In this document: piece after piece, positions 1-13,065 of the stretch
Position numbering within the stretch: position 1 is the stretch's first letter
Layout: every line of letters begins with the position of its first letter
Assembly (NCBI GenBank): GCA_002269645.1
Contig: NIVC01000692.1
Span: 410,689-474,688, forward strand
Length of the DNA: 64,000 nt
Origin: Macrostomum lignano
Taxonomy: Eukaryota
Direction: 5' to 3'
Translations under genes and position numbers: made by a program
The notes under the pieces: model-generated
What the model saw: only the letters and a program-made list of their open reading frames with translations
Told to the model about the DNA's origin: nothing
Databases searched by the model: none

Positions 1-1662
1 AGGAGAGCTTGTATAAGAAGAGTATACCGGTGTAAAGGAGACTATATAAAGGAGAGCAGATAGACTATATAAAGGAGAGCAGATAGAGTATATAAAGGAG
101 AGCGGATAGAGTACATAAAGGAGAGCGGATAGAGTATATAAAGGAGAGCGGATAGAGTACATAAAGGAGAGCGGATAGAGTACATAAAGGAGAGCGGATA
201 GAGTACATAAAGGAGAGCGGATAGAGTACATAAAGGAGAGCGGATAGAGTATATAAAGGAGAGCGGATAGAGTACATAAAGGAGAGCGGATAGAGTACAT
301 AAAGGAGAGCGGATAGAGTATATAAAGGAGAGCGGATAGAGTACATAAAGGAGAGCGGATAGAGTATATAAAGGAGAGCGGATAGAGTACATAAAGGAGA
401 GCGGATAGAGTATATAAAGGAGAGCGGATAGAGTACATAAAGGAGAGCGGATAGAGTATATAAAGGAGAGCGGATAGAGTATATAAAGGAGAGCGGATAG
501 AGTACATAAAGGAGAGCGGATAGAGTATATAAAGGAGAGCGGATAGAGTACATAAAGGAGAGCGGATAGAGTATATAAAGGAGAGCAGATAGAGTACATA
601 AAGGAGAGCGGATAGAGTATATAAAGGAGAGCGGATAGAGTACATAAAGGAGAGCGGATAGAGTATATAAAGGAGAGCGGATAGAGTACATAAAGGAGAG
701 CGGATAGAGTACATAAAGGAGAGCGGATAGAGTATATAAAGGAGAGCGGATAGAGTACATAAAGAAGAGCGGATAGAGTACATAAAGGAGAGCGGATAGA
801 GTATATAAAGGAGAGCGGATAGAGTACATAAAGGAGAGCGGATAGAGTACATAAAGGAGAGCGGATAGAGTACATAAAGGAGAGCGGATAGAGTACATAA
901 AGGAGAGCGGATAGAGTATATAAAGGAGAGCGGATAGAGTACATAAAGGAGAGCGGATAGAGTACATAAAGGAGAGCGGATAGAGTATATAAAGGAGAGC
1001 GGATAGAGTACATAAAGGAGAGCGGATAGAGTATATAAAGGAGAGCGGATAGAGTACATAAAGGAGAGCGGATAGAGTATATAAAGGAGAGCGGATAGAG
1101 TACATAAAGGAGAGCGGATAGAGTATATAAAGGAGAGCGGATAGAGTATATAAAGGAGAGCGGATAGAGTACATAAAGGAGAGCGGATAGAGTATATAAA
1201 GGAGAGCGGATAGAGTACATAAAGGAGAGCGGATAGAGTACATAAAGGAGAGCGGATAGAGTATATAAAGGAGAGCGGATAGAGTACATAAAGGAGAGCG
1301 GATAGAGTATATAAAGGAGAGCGGATAGAGTACATAAAGGAGAGCGGATAGAGTATATAAAGGAGAGCGGATAGAGTACATAAAGGAGAGCGGATAGAGT
1401 ACATAAAGGAGAGCGGATAGAGTACATAAAGGAGAGCGGATAGAGTACATAAAGGAGAGCGGATAGAGTATATAAAGGAGAGCGGATAGAGTACATAAAG
1501 GAGAGCGGATAGAGTACATAAAGGAGAGCGGATAGAGTACATAAAGGAGAGCGGATAGAGTACATAAAGGAGAGCGGATAGAGTATATAAAGGAGAGCGG
1601 ATAGAGTACATAAAGGAGAGCGGATAGAGTACATAAAGGAGAGCGGATAGAGTACATAAAGG
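1..1662. repeat. 23-bp minisatellite (GGAGAGCGGATAGAGTA[C/T]ATAAA), about 70 copies, probably intronic in the scramblase gene
   Basis: Near-perfect head-to-tail 23-mers differing mainly by one C/T site; the array runs off the window start. Confidence 0.97.
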
Positions 1663-1747
1663 AGTGCTGGTAAATTAGATGAAGAAGAACCGGTAGAGTA
1701 GATAACGGAACGGTTCATCCCGCCTCTCTTTGCCAACCTCGCCGCAG

Positions 1748-4700
1748 GTGTACTTCGCTGCTGAAGAATCAGACGTTTGCGCCCGGCAATGCTGTGGGCC
1801 GCAGCGCGGCTTTGTAATGCACATCACGGACAACCTGGGCTCCGAGGTGATCCGGGTCACTCGCGAATTCAAATGCCTCGCCTGCCGGGCTGCTACTGCC
1901 TGGCTGGGGCCGACGCCTGCGCCCACGAGCTGCAGATCGAGGCCCCGCCCGGCACCGTTGTTGGCTACGTGCGCCAGGAGTGCTCCTGTCTGGAGCCGCG
2001 CTACGAGATACAGAACGCTGATAGGCAGGTTGTGCTGTTGATTAGGGGACCCGTCTGCATCTGCCAAGGACCCTGCTGCACCTGGGATCAGGAGTTCAAG
2101 GTCTGTTTGTACTCTTGTTGGGCCAGTGGTTTTTTGTTGATTTTAGAGTTTTTGGCGTTTATATTTCCTAACTTCCTGACGCGTCCCTTACCCTATCCCT
2201 TCCATTCCCTAATCCCTCTCATCTCCATTCATTCCCTCACTCTTTCCCCCATTCATTCCCTCACTCCTTCCCCCATTTATTCTCTCACTCCTTCCCCCAT
2301 TCATTCTCTCACTCCTTCCCCATTCATTCTCTCACTCCTTCCCCATTCATTCCCTCACTCCTTCCTTCCTCCATTCATTCCCTCACTCCTTCCATTCATT
2401 CCCTCACTCCTTCCTCCATTCATTCCCTCACTCCTTCCTTCCTCCATTCATTCCCTCACTCCTTCCATTCATTCCCTCACTCCTTCCCCATTCATTCCCT
2501 CACTCCTTCCTTCCTCCATTCATTCCATTCCCTCACTCCTTCCCCCATTCATTCTCTCACTCCTTGCCCATTGATTCCCTCACTCCTTCCCCATTCATTC
2601 CCTCACTCCTTCCCCATTCATTCCCTCACTCCTTCCCCATTCATTCCCTCACTCCTTCCCCCATTCATTCCCTCACTCCTTCCCCCATTCATTCCCTCAC
2701 TCCTTCCCCATTCATTGCCTCACTCCTTCCCCATTCATTGCCTCACTCCTTCCCCATTAATTCCCTCACTCCTTCCCCCATTCATTGCCTCACTCCTTCC
2801 CCCATTCATTGCCTCACTCCTTCCTTCCTCCATTCATTCCCTCACTCCTTCCATTCATTCCCTCACTCCTTCCCCATTCATTCTCTCACTCCTTCCTTCC
2901 TCCATTCATTCCATTCCCTCACTCTTTCCCCCATTCATTCTCTCACTCCTTGCCCATTGATTCCCTCACTCCTTCCCCATTCATTCCCTCACTCCTTCCC
3001 CATTCATTCCCTCACTCCTTCCCCATTCATTCCCTCACTCCTTCCCCATTCATTCCCTCACTCCTTCCCCCATTCATTCCCTCACTCCTTCCCCATTCAT
3101 TGCCTCACTCCTTCCCCATTCATTGCCTCACTCCTTCCCCATTAATTCCCTCACTCCTTCCCCATTCATTGCCTCACTCCTTCCCCATTCATTGCCTCAC
3201 TCCTTCCCCCATTCATTGCCTCACTCCTTCCCCCATTCATTGCCTCACTCCTTCCCCCATTCATTGCCTCACTCCTTCCCCATTAATTCCCTCACTCCTT
3301 CCCCCATTCATTGCCTCACTCCTTCCCCCATTCATTGCCTCACTCCTTCCCCATTCATTGCCTCACTCCTTCCCCCATTCATTGCCTCACTCCTTCCCCA
3401 TTCATTCCCTCACTCCTTCCCCATTCATTCCCTCACTCCTTCCCCCATTCATTCTCTCACTCCTTCCCCCATTCATTCTCTCACTCCTTCCCCATTCATT
3501 CCCTCACTCCTTCCTTCCTCCATTCATTCCCTCACTCCTTCCATTCATTCCCTCACTCCTTCCTCCATTCATTCCCTCACTCCTTCCTTCCTCCATTCAT
3601 TCCCTCACTCCTTCCATTCATTCCCTCACTCCTTCCCCATTCATTCCCTCACTCCTTCCTTCCTCCATTCATTCCATTCCCTCACTCCTTCCCCCATTCA
3701 TTCTCTCACTCCTTGCCCATTGATTCCCTCACTCCTTCCCCATTCATTCCCTCACTCCTTCCCCATTCATTCCCTCACTCCTTTCCCATTCATTCCCTCA
3801 CTCCTTCCCCATTTATTCTCTCACTCCTTCCCCCATTCATTCTCTCACTCCTTCCCCCATTCATTCTCTCACTCCTTCCCCATTCATTCCCTCACTCCTT
3901 CCTTCCTCCATTCATTCCCTCACTCCTTCCATTCATTCCCTCACTCCTTCCTCCATTCATTCCCTCACTCCTTCCTTCCTCCATTCATTCCCTCACTCCT
4001 TCCATTCATTCCCTCACTCCTTCCCCATTCATTCCCTCACTCCTTCCTTCCTCCATTCATTCCATTCCCTCACTCCTTCCCCCATTCATTCTCTCACTCC
4101 TTGCCCATTGATTCCCTCACTCCTTCCCCATTCATTCCCTCACTCCTTCCCCATTCATTCCCTCACTCCTTTCCCATTCATTCCCTCACTCCTTCCCCCA
4201 TTTATTCTCTCACTCCTTCCCCCATTCATTCTCTCACTCCTTCCCCCATTCATTCTCTCACTCCTTCCCCATTCATTCCCTCACTCCTTCCTTCCTCCAT
4301 TCATTCCCTCACTCCTTCCATTCATTCCCTCACTCCTTCCTCCATTCATTCCCTCACTCCTTCCTTCCTCCATTCATTCCCTCACTCCTTCCATTCATTC
4401 CCTCACTCCTTCCCCATTCATTCCCTCACTCCTTCCTTCCTCCATTCATTCCATTCCCTCACTCTTTCCCCCATTCATTCTCTCACTCCTTGCCCATTGA
4501 TTCCCTCACTCCTTCCCCATTCATTCCCTCACTCCTTCCCCATTCATTCCCTCACTCCTTCCCCATTCATTCCCTCACTCCTTCCCCCATTCATTCCCTC
4601 ACTCCTTCCCCCATTCATTCCCTCACTCCTTCCCCATTCATTGCCTCACTCCTTCCCCATTCATTGCCTCACTCCTTCCCCATTAATTCCCTCACTCCTT

Positions 4701-7700
4701 CCCCCATTCATTGCCTCACTCCTTCCCCCATTCATTGCCTCACTCCTTCCCCCATTCATTGCCTCACTCCTTCCCCCATTCATTGCCTCACTCCTTCCCC
4801 ATTCATTCCCTCACTCCTTCCCCATTCATTGCCTCACTCCTTCCCCCATTCATTCCCTCACTCCTTCCCCATTCATTGCCTCACTCCTTCCCCATTCATT
4901 GCCTCACTCCTTCCCCATTCATTGCCTCACTCCTTCCCCATTCATTGCCTCACTCCTTCCCCATTCATTGCCTCACTCCTTCCCCATTCATTGCCTCACT
5001 CCTTCCCCATTAATTCCCTCACTCCTTCCCCATTCATTCCCTCACTCCTTCCCCATTCATTGCCTCACTCCTTCCCCCATTCATTCCCTCACTCCTTCCC
5101 CATTCATTGCCTCACTCCTTCCCCATTCATTGCCTCACTCCTTCCCCATTCATTGCCTCACTCCTTCCCCATTCATTGCCTCACTCCTTCCCCATTCATT
5201 GCCTCACTCCTTCCCCATTCATTCCCTCACTCCTTCCCCATTCATTCCCTCACTCCTTCCCCATTAATTCCCTCACTCCTTCCCCATTCATTCCCTCACT
5301 CCTTCCCCATTCATTCCCTCACTCCTTCCCCATTAATTCCCTCAATCCTTCCCCCATTCATTGCCTCACTCCTTCCCCTCTATTATTTCCTTTCCTTCTC
5401 ACTCTGTCTCGTTCGTTTCGATCGTTGACTGTTTGAGTCTAATACAAGTCAATTAGGAGCTCGCGGTGTTTCCGCTAGGTTTAGCAGACTAAAATGCTTA
5501 AGGTTGCTGCTGCTAACCGCTCTTCCTCCAGGTGTACTCGGCGGACATGGCCCACGAGGTTGGCAAAATTAGCAAGCAATGGTCTGGCTTCATTCGTGAA
5601 TACTTTACGGACGCTGACAACTTCGGCGTATCGTGTGAGTAACGCTTGCAGGCTGTGTAGAGTTAGTTTTATACTAGTTGTACTTTACCCCTTCTTTGAA
5701 GTGTTTTGCCATTGATTTTGCTTCTTTCAGTCCCAATGGATCTGGACGTGAGAATGAAGGCCACCATGATTGGCGCCGTGTTTTTAATTGTGAGTGCTTT
5801 TTATTTGCAAGTCAGATTGTTCACTTCTTAATCTTAGAGCACCATAAGTACTATTCTATTCCATTAGGAGCAAACCAGGTATTCCATTAGGAGCAGCCCT
5901 GGTATTCCATTAGGAGCAAACCAGGTATTTCATTAGGAGCAGCCCTGGTATTCCATTAGGAGCAAACCAGGTATTTCATTAGGAGCAGCCCTGGTATTCC
6001 ATTAGGAGCAGACCAGGTATTCCATTAGGAGCAGCCCTGGTATTCCATTAGGAGCAGCTCAGGTATTCCATTAGGAGCAGCCCTGGTATTCCATTAGGAG
6101 CAGCTCAGGTATTCCATTAGGAGCAGCTCAGTTATTCCATTAGGAGCAGCTCAGGTATTCCATTAGGAGCAGTCCAAGTATTCCATTAGGAGCAGCCCAG
6201 GTATTCCATTAGGAGCAGTCCAAGTATTCCATTAGGAGCAGCTCAGGTATTCCATTAGGAGCAGCCCTGGTATTCCATTAGGAGCAGTCCAAGTATTCCA
6301 TTAGGAGCAGACCAGGTATTCCATTAGGAGCAGCCCTGGTATTCCATTAGGAGCAGTCCAAGTATTCCATTAGGAGCAGCTCAGGTATTCCATTTGGAGC
6401 AGACCAGGTATTCCATTAGGAGCAGTCCAAGTATTCCATTAGGAGCAGACCAGGTATTCCATTAGGAGCAGCCCTGGTATTCCATTAGGAGCAGTCCAAG
6501 TATTCCATTAGGAGCAGCTCAGGTATTCCATTAGGAGCAGACCAGGTATTCCATTAGGAGCAGTCCAAGTATTCCATTAGGAGCAGACCAGGTATTCCAT
6601 TAGGAGCAGCCCTGGTATTCCATTAGGAGCAGTCCAAGTATTCCATTAGGAGCAGTCCAGGTATTCCATTAGGAGCAGACCAGGTATTTAATCAAGAGCA
6701 GATCAGGTATTTAATTAGTGTAGTGCAGTCCAGGTATTCACATTATTAGCACCCTATATATACAGTATTTACATTAGGTGCAGTCCAGTTATACTATTAT
6801 TAGCAGCCCATGTGTTACATTAGGAGCACCCCAGGTAATTTACTACTTGTAGGAACACCTTAGGTGTTTCACTAGGCTCACCTCAGGTATTTCACTAGGA
6901 TTACGGCAGCTTAGGCTTCCAAATTTAGCTTGTAGAAATACCTGTAAACGAAACTGATGAAATGTTTCTTGAGCTTCAAACCTGTCGTCGAGAGCAGTGC
7001 CCTGTCTATCATCAGGCTATCAGATACTCGCTAATGGATTTTGCCCATGGAGTTGCACTTGCACTGTTTGCTAGCATTAAATATTTAACAGGCTGCATTG
7101 ATCAGCGTGTTTTCTAAGCCTTCGTAGACATTATCCAAAATAGCGTCCACTGCTCACATTAGCTGCTATTGCTTATAGAGCTACAGATAATAGCATAAAT
7201 ATTTAATCAGATTAGCCATTGCTATTGGCCACTACTTTTACTTCTACAGTGTTTCAATACTGGAACTAGCATAGTTTATTGTTAGTTAATCTAGTCCAGA
7301 ATTAGCATGCCATTTCCTCTAGGCAAATTAGCCTAACTACCATGCAGCCTATTCACTCTGCAGTCTAGCTACCCAAAAGCTTAGCTGCCTTACAGCATGG
7401 GTATCCCAGCTACTCTAAATCTTAGCTGCCCTAGCTACTCTAAAGTTTAGCTGCCCTAGCTACTCTACAGTTTAGCTGCCCTAGCTACTCTACAGTTTAG
7501 CTGCCCTAGCTACTCTATAGTTTAGCTGCCCTAGCTACTCTACAGTTTAGCTGCCCTAGCTACTCTACAGTTTAGCTGCCCTAGCTACTCTACAGTTTAG
7601 CTGCCCTAGCTACTCTACAGTTTAGCTGCCCTAGCTACTCTACAGTTTAGCTGCCCTAGCTACTCTACAGTTTAGCTGCCCTAGCTACTCTAAAGTTTAG

Positions 7701-9678
7701 CTGCCCTAGCTACTCTAAAGTTTAGCTGCCCTAGCTACTCTACAGTTTAGCTGCCCTAGCTACTCTACAGTTTAGCTGCCCTAGCTACTCTACAGTTTAG
7801 CTGCCCTAGCTACTCTACAGTTTAGCTGCCCTAGCTACTCTACAGTTTAGCTGCCCTAGCTACTCTACAGTTTAGCTGCCCTAGCTACTCTACAGTTTAG
7901 CTGCCCTAGCTACTCTACAGTTTAGCTGCCCTAGCTACTCTACAGTTTAGCTGCCCTAGCTACTCTACAGTTTAGCTGCCCTAGCTACTCTACAGTTTAG
8001 CTGCCCTAGCTACTCTACAGTTTAGCTGCCCTAGCTACTCTACAGTTTAGCTACCCTAGCTACTCTAAATCTTAGCTGCCCTAGCTACTCTAAATCTTAG
8101 CTGCCCTAGCTACTCTAAATCTTAGCTGCCCTAGCTACTCTAAATCTTAGCTGCCCTAGCTACTCTAAATCTTAGCTGCCCTAGCTACTCTGCAGTTTAG
8201 CTGCCCTAGCTACTCTACAGTTTAGCTGCCCTAGCTACTCTAAATCTTAGCTGCCCTAGCTACTCTAAATCTTAGCTGCCCTAGCTACTCTAAATCTTAG
8301 CTGCCCTAGCTACTCTAAATCTTAGCTGCCCTAGCTACTCTACAGTTTAGCTACCCTAGCTACTCTACAGTTTAGCTGCCCTAGCTACTCTACAGTTTAG
8401 CTACCCTAGCTACTCTAAATCTTAGCTGCCCTAGCTACTCTAAATCTTAGCTGCCCTAGCTACTCTAAATCTTAGCTGCCCTAGCTACTCTGCAGTTTAG
8501 CTGCCCTAGCTACTCTACAGTTTAGCTGCCCTAGCTACTCTAAATCTTAGCTGCCCTAGCTACTCTAAATCTTAGCTGCCCTAGCTACTCTAAATCTTAG
8601 CTGCCCTAGCTACTCTAAATCTTAGCTACCCTAGCTACTCTACAGTTTAGCTGCCCTAGCTACTCTATAGTTTAGCTGCCCTAGCTACTCTACAGTTTAG
8701 CTGCCCTAGCTACTCTATAGTTTAGCTACCCTAGCTACTCTACAGTTTAGCTGCCCTAGCTACTCTACAGTTTAGCTACCCTAGCTACTCTGCAGTTTAG
8801 CTGCCCTAGCTACTCTACAGTTTAGCTGCCCTAGCTACTCTAAATCTTAGCTGCCCTAGCTACTCTAAATCTTAGCTGCCCTAGCTACTCTACAGTTTAG
8901 CTGCCCTAGCTACTCTAAATCTTAGCTACCCTAGCTACTCCACAGTTTAGCTGCCCTAGCTACTCTAAATCTTAGCTGCCCTAGCTACTCTACAGCTTAG
9001 CTGCCTAAATACTACAGCTTAGCTGCCCTAGCTACTCTACAGCTTAGCTGCCCAAATACTACAGCTTAGCTGCCCTAGCTACTCTGCAGCTTAGCTGCCT
9101 AAATACGCTGCTTAACTGCCCTAGCTACTCTACAGCTGATCTACCTAGCTACTCTACAGCTTAGCTAACCTGGCTAATATGCAGCTTCGCTGCCTAACTA
9201 CAAGTTTGTAGCACACACAATACAGCCCAAAAATCACCCAACAGACTAAAAACGTAGTGGTCTTTAACAGCAATCAATCAATAGATTGCATGGCTTAGAG
9301 AAGAAAGGTTTGCAAGCGTTGGCAGGCGAGAGGGTAGAGAAAATGCCACCCTGGCCTGGTTGCCAAATCCCTCCCGCTGTGCGGCTTCCGGGTTGGAGGG
9401 GATCTTGTCTGCCTGCCCGAGCCCCATTCCCACTAGCGTCTGAACTCGGGTGTAGAAAGCGGAACACTAGCCAGCTGTTGGTGTACGCGTAGTTTTTTTC
9501 TTGTTTAACTAAAAAGTACAATGGCAAAATCGAAAAATTTTAACTGCGTTGCAACTTTGTGAATAAAACTCGATATCCACTACTTAGTTTGTAAAAAATA
9601 TATTCGCGTCCTCTTATTTTTTACAATTTGCAGGACTTTATGTTCTTCGAGAACAACCAGCAGAATCAGAATAACTAA
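1748..9678 (+). CDS. PLSCR: Phospholipid scramblase (PLSCR family), 3' exons 1748-2100, 5532-5634, 5731-5789, 9634-9678; 5' exons lie outside the window; one inferred 1-nt deletion near 1885
   Basis: Spliced translation gives VYFAAEESDVCARQCCGPQRGFVMHITDNLGSEVIRVTREFKC..GCYCLAGADACAHELQIEAPPGTVVGYVRQ..QEFK|VYSADMAHEVGKISKQWSGFIREYFTDADNFGVS|FPMDLDVRMKATMIGAVFLI|DFMFFENNQQNQNN*. This matches the PLSCR motifs FTDADNFG and FPLDLDVKMKA..GA.FLIDFMFFE. All junctions are AG/GT and phases are consistent once one base is added in the first exon. Confidence 0.93.
2205..5380. repeat. Pyrimidine-rich ~23-24-bp minisatellite (CATTCATTCCCTCACTCCTTCCCC) with a higher-order ~388-bp period, in a scramblase intron
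   Basis: The + strand is almost G-free. A diagnostic TTGCCCATTGA variant recurs at 2564, 2950, 3713, 4101 and 4490. Confidence 0.95.
5865..6900. repeat. 23-bp minisatellite (GTATTCCATTAGGAGCAG + variable 5-mer), intronic, degenerate after about 6700
   Basis: Constant 18-mer plus a small reused set of 5-mers (CCCTG, ACCAG, CTCAG, TCCAA). Confidence 0.93.
7420..9170. repeat. 25-bp minisatellite (TTTAGCTGCCCTAGCTACTCTACAG, variant CTTAGC...TAAAT), intronic
   Basis: About 70 tandem copies in blocks of two variants, with degenerate edges. Confidence 0.96.
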
Positions 9679-9864
9679 TCCCGCTTCGGACTATACGCGA
9701 ATGAATGTTTATAATTTTTCTTTTCAAGCTGTGCTTTTTGTCTGCGGTTAATGTTTAGCTTTTGTTGCTATTTCCTATTTTTTCGTGTGTTCCAATAATA
9801 TGGTTTGAGTTAAACAGTGGGGTTTTATGACGAATAAACATAATTTCCCTGTTAGATTGATCTT

Positions 9865-10320
9865 TTAAGGCCCCCAACGTACTCCAGTAGTGAGGGTTGT
9901 AACTAGTAATTTGAATCCTGTTTGGAATTAAAAGGCTCCCGACGTACTCCAGTAGTAAGAGTTGTGACTATTAAATTTTGAATGCTGTTTGGAAATCTAA
10001 GGCTCCTAAAAGGCTCCGAACGTACTCCAGTAGCGAGAGTTGTAACTTGTAAATTTTGAATGCTGTTTGGAAATCTAAGGCTCCCAACGTACTCCAGTAG
10101 CGAGAGTTGTAACTAGTACATTTTGAATGCTGTTTAAAAATCTAAGGCTCCCAAAGTATTCAAGTAGTGAAATTTGACACTCGAAAAATTTTAGTGCTGA
10201 CGATGGAGACCTCAATGTTCCCAACGTTCTCCGTAGTGAGAGTCAGGGACGTACATTTTAAATGTTTTTAGGGGTTTTAAAGCTCAGCGTACTCCAGTAG
10301 GAGTATCAGAGCCAGTAAAA
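9865..10320. repeat. Degenerate ~60-70-bp tandem repeat downstream of the scramblase stop
   Basis: Recurrent AAGGCTCCCAACGTACTCCAGTAG..GAGTTGTAACT core, about 6 copies. Confidence 0.75.
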
Positions 10321-11599
10321 TTTTACTGTACGTGGGTATTTAAAGGCTCAGAGCGTAAATAAAAAGTAAAGAAGATTTGAGATTAGTTGTTTTATAACCT
10401 TTGTGAAAGCTATACGAAAGTTTAATTCTACAGTACAAATATAGATACCTGTTCGATTCGGATAGCAAAACCGGCCTCATCAAGTGGCTATCTCCATGTT
10501 TTTCTATCACAAATAAGATCACCGATTTATTAACTAATTCACTCAGCCGGCTTCCCACCCTGCTCATTTGTTCCTTCCTTCTTCCCGCTATTCATATATT
10601 CTCTTATACTTGGCGGTATTGTGAAATATTTATCTATTGTTTTCATAGTGCAGTATTTTATTAGTTTGGCAAAATTGATTTTTTTAAAGATGCATCAATC
10701 AGAATCGATAAGGCATGCTAATTGTAATGCAATAATTGTGTGAACTTTTACCAGAAAAAATTAATAATCATAAATTGCTACTCGCATCAAAAGTAGTCCC
10801 GTTTTTTGGATTTTTGTTTTAAGTTTACATTTTCTCCTTTTTGTGTTGGACAGCGGCATAATAATGGATATTAGCTATATATAACGGTTACTGTTATATC
10901 AATATTATTACCAAATTAAATATTCGAAATCCAAACCCTGTCAATATATGCTCTCTAATTTAAACAGTTTTTTTATTTTGCTAATTACTATCGAGCTTGT
11001 ATTGCTCGTAAAAGAAGTGAAGGAGCCATGCATGCAATAAATCAAGATGCGCTAATTATGTCTAGTCCATGCTTTGTTTTAATTTTCCCCTAGCCTTATG
11101 TATTTCAGATTTTTACTCAATTAATATAGTTTTATGGTTTCATTTGTGTAAATCTTGTGGAACCACATCTCCATAGCAATGACATCATGACGGCTATAAC
11201 CTTTGATGTCTTATTTTAAACTCCTAGGGAGATATCCAATGACACCTATCGTTGCTATGCAGATTGATTAATGTGTTTTTTGTCGTTCGTGAAGCCAAGG
11301 AAGCTCCTGCGTTGCTATGCGGCCACGTTTATTTATTTTTATATTACATTATATACGTTATACGGATGGCCGCATTTTATAAGCGGCTAGGCCTATTCTT
11401 TTAGATAGCTAAATCACCAGTCGATGCGATTAATAAAACTGTATCAAATATTGACAGTTTTTTTTAAAAAATCTTTAAAAATTTATAATTAATAAAAATT
11501 GCTCAGGATCTTTTATTCCATATCGACAATTAGATGAGTTAGTTGGTGTATTTTTATCTGCGCTTTATTCTTGCCAAGCCAAGCGGGCCGCTTTCATTG

Positions 11600-11670
11600 C
11601 GAGTGGGATTCGAACCCGCGACTGTCTGGGTACAATGCTTGGCATCTAGATAACCTACACTGATCTCTAG
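11600..11670 (-). mobile_element. tRNA-like Pol III B-box relic, probably a SINE head of a second family
   Basis: The minus strand reads ...CCCAGACAGTCGCGGGTTCGAATCCCACTCGC, which contains the B-box/T-loop GGTTCGAATCC. No convincing cloverleaf. Confidence 0.4.
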
Positions 11671-12294
11671 TTTACCCTGTATATCAGCTCGACTAGATGC
11701 CTAACAGGGAGCCTAGTGTGTATGAAGTCGCAGGTACATATGTATTGCGATCTTATTGTAAATTGATAAGAATTTTTCAGAGCAATATAAGTATAAAAAA
11801 GTATATTATAGATCGCGTACTGCCAATTTTTAATGAGCGGATACTGAACCTCAGACTGTAAATTATTACACGAGCGTAATGTAGATGTAAATAATTACTG
11901 CTTTATTTATACTTGTGTTCCGTGCACAAATTTTCTTAAGTGGATTCCAGCGCGTACAGCGCACACTGCACCTACTGTACAGTACTTGTAATACTGCGGG
12001 AATAAAATTAAATAGCAAATGATTTGTGAAAAGCGAGCGAGGCATATAATTTTTGCTCGTAAAATTGTTGTACACGAAAACCGATACCAGAGGGTCTGTT
12101 ATTTTCTGTATAGGATTCTATAGAGGTCGAACGAATTATTGACTCCTGTACTGCTAGCTTTATGCACTCGAGTAATAAATCAAGGCTCGTTCGGACTCTA
12201 AGGGGATTCAATCTGAATATTTCCGTGTCCAAATGGCTAGAAGTTTTTGCTTTGCTTAACGCCTGTCGCGACCGTCTTAGTCTTCTTCAGTTTA

Positions 12295-12735
12295 TCTGCC
12301 TCGTCTCTGTCTGGTTCAGTCTTGTTATTCTTATCTCTCTCCCTCACTGCCTTCTGATTGGTTCTTCGATCTCGCCTCTTCTCCCAGTCCCGTACTCCAC
12401 CTGCCCTCGTCTCTGTTTACGGTTTTTTCTCTGTCTGGTTCAGTCTTGTTATTCTTATCTCTCTCCCTCACTGCCTTCTGATTGGTTCTTCGATCTCGCC
12501 TCTTCTCCCAGTCGCGTACTCCACCTGCCCTCGTCTCTACTGTTTTTTCTCCCTCTGTCTGGTTCAGTCTTGTTATTCTTATCTCTCTCCCTCACTGCCT
12601 TCTGATTGGTTCTTCGATCTCGCCTCTTCCCCCAGTCGCGTACTCCACCCGCCCTCGTCTCTGTTTACTGTTTTTTCTCCCTCTGTCTGGTTCAGTCTTG
12701 TTATTCTTATCTCTCTCCCTCTGCCTTCTGATTGG
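12295..12735. repeat. ~124-128-bp tandem repeat, about 3.5 copies
   Basis: CTGTCTGGTTCAGTCTTGTTATTCTT recurs at 12307, 12431, 12555 and 12683. Confidence 0.9.
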
Positions 12736-13065
12736 CACGAAAATCGTGCTTTTCGCTCTACAAAACTTTCCGGATGACCAGATAAATCTCATTACAATCA
12801 AACAGTCTATTGAGTATTTTTTTATTTCTCTACAACACCGATTAAAAAGGAACTTAACGCTCCGATAGACTATTGAGCTTTTGACCAAACTGAAAGAGTT
12901 ATGCTATCGCTGATCACCAAGAGGATTAGAGGAAAACATTTTCAATAAAAATAAACATGAAAAAGTGTAAATCTGTCTGCGTGTTTGATCTAGCTCGCGT
13001 CTTGAATCAAACTGAAAAATCCGAACACAGTCGGGAAGACTTATCAAATAGGTGCTGTTAAACCT

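Noticed and set aside
42-5436. Long ORFs (564, 530, 714 aa and others) over the first two arrays
   Set aside because: They are translations of stop-free 23-24-bp minisatellites, open in several frames at once and lying inside scramblase introns.
5865-6720. CRISPR-like look: constant 18-mer with variable inserts
   Set aside because: The variable part is only 5 nt and is reused from a small set. There are no cas genes and the context is a eukaryotic intron.
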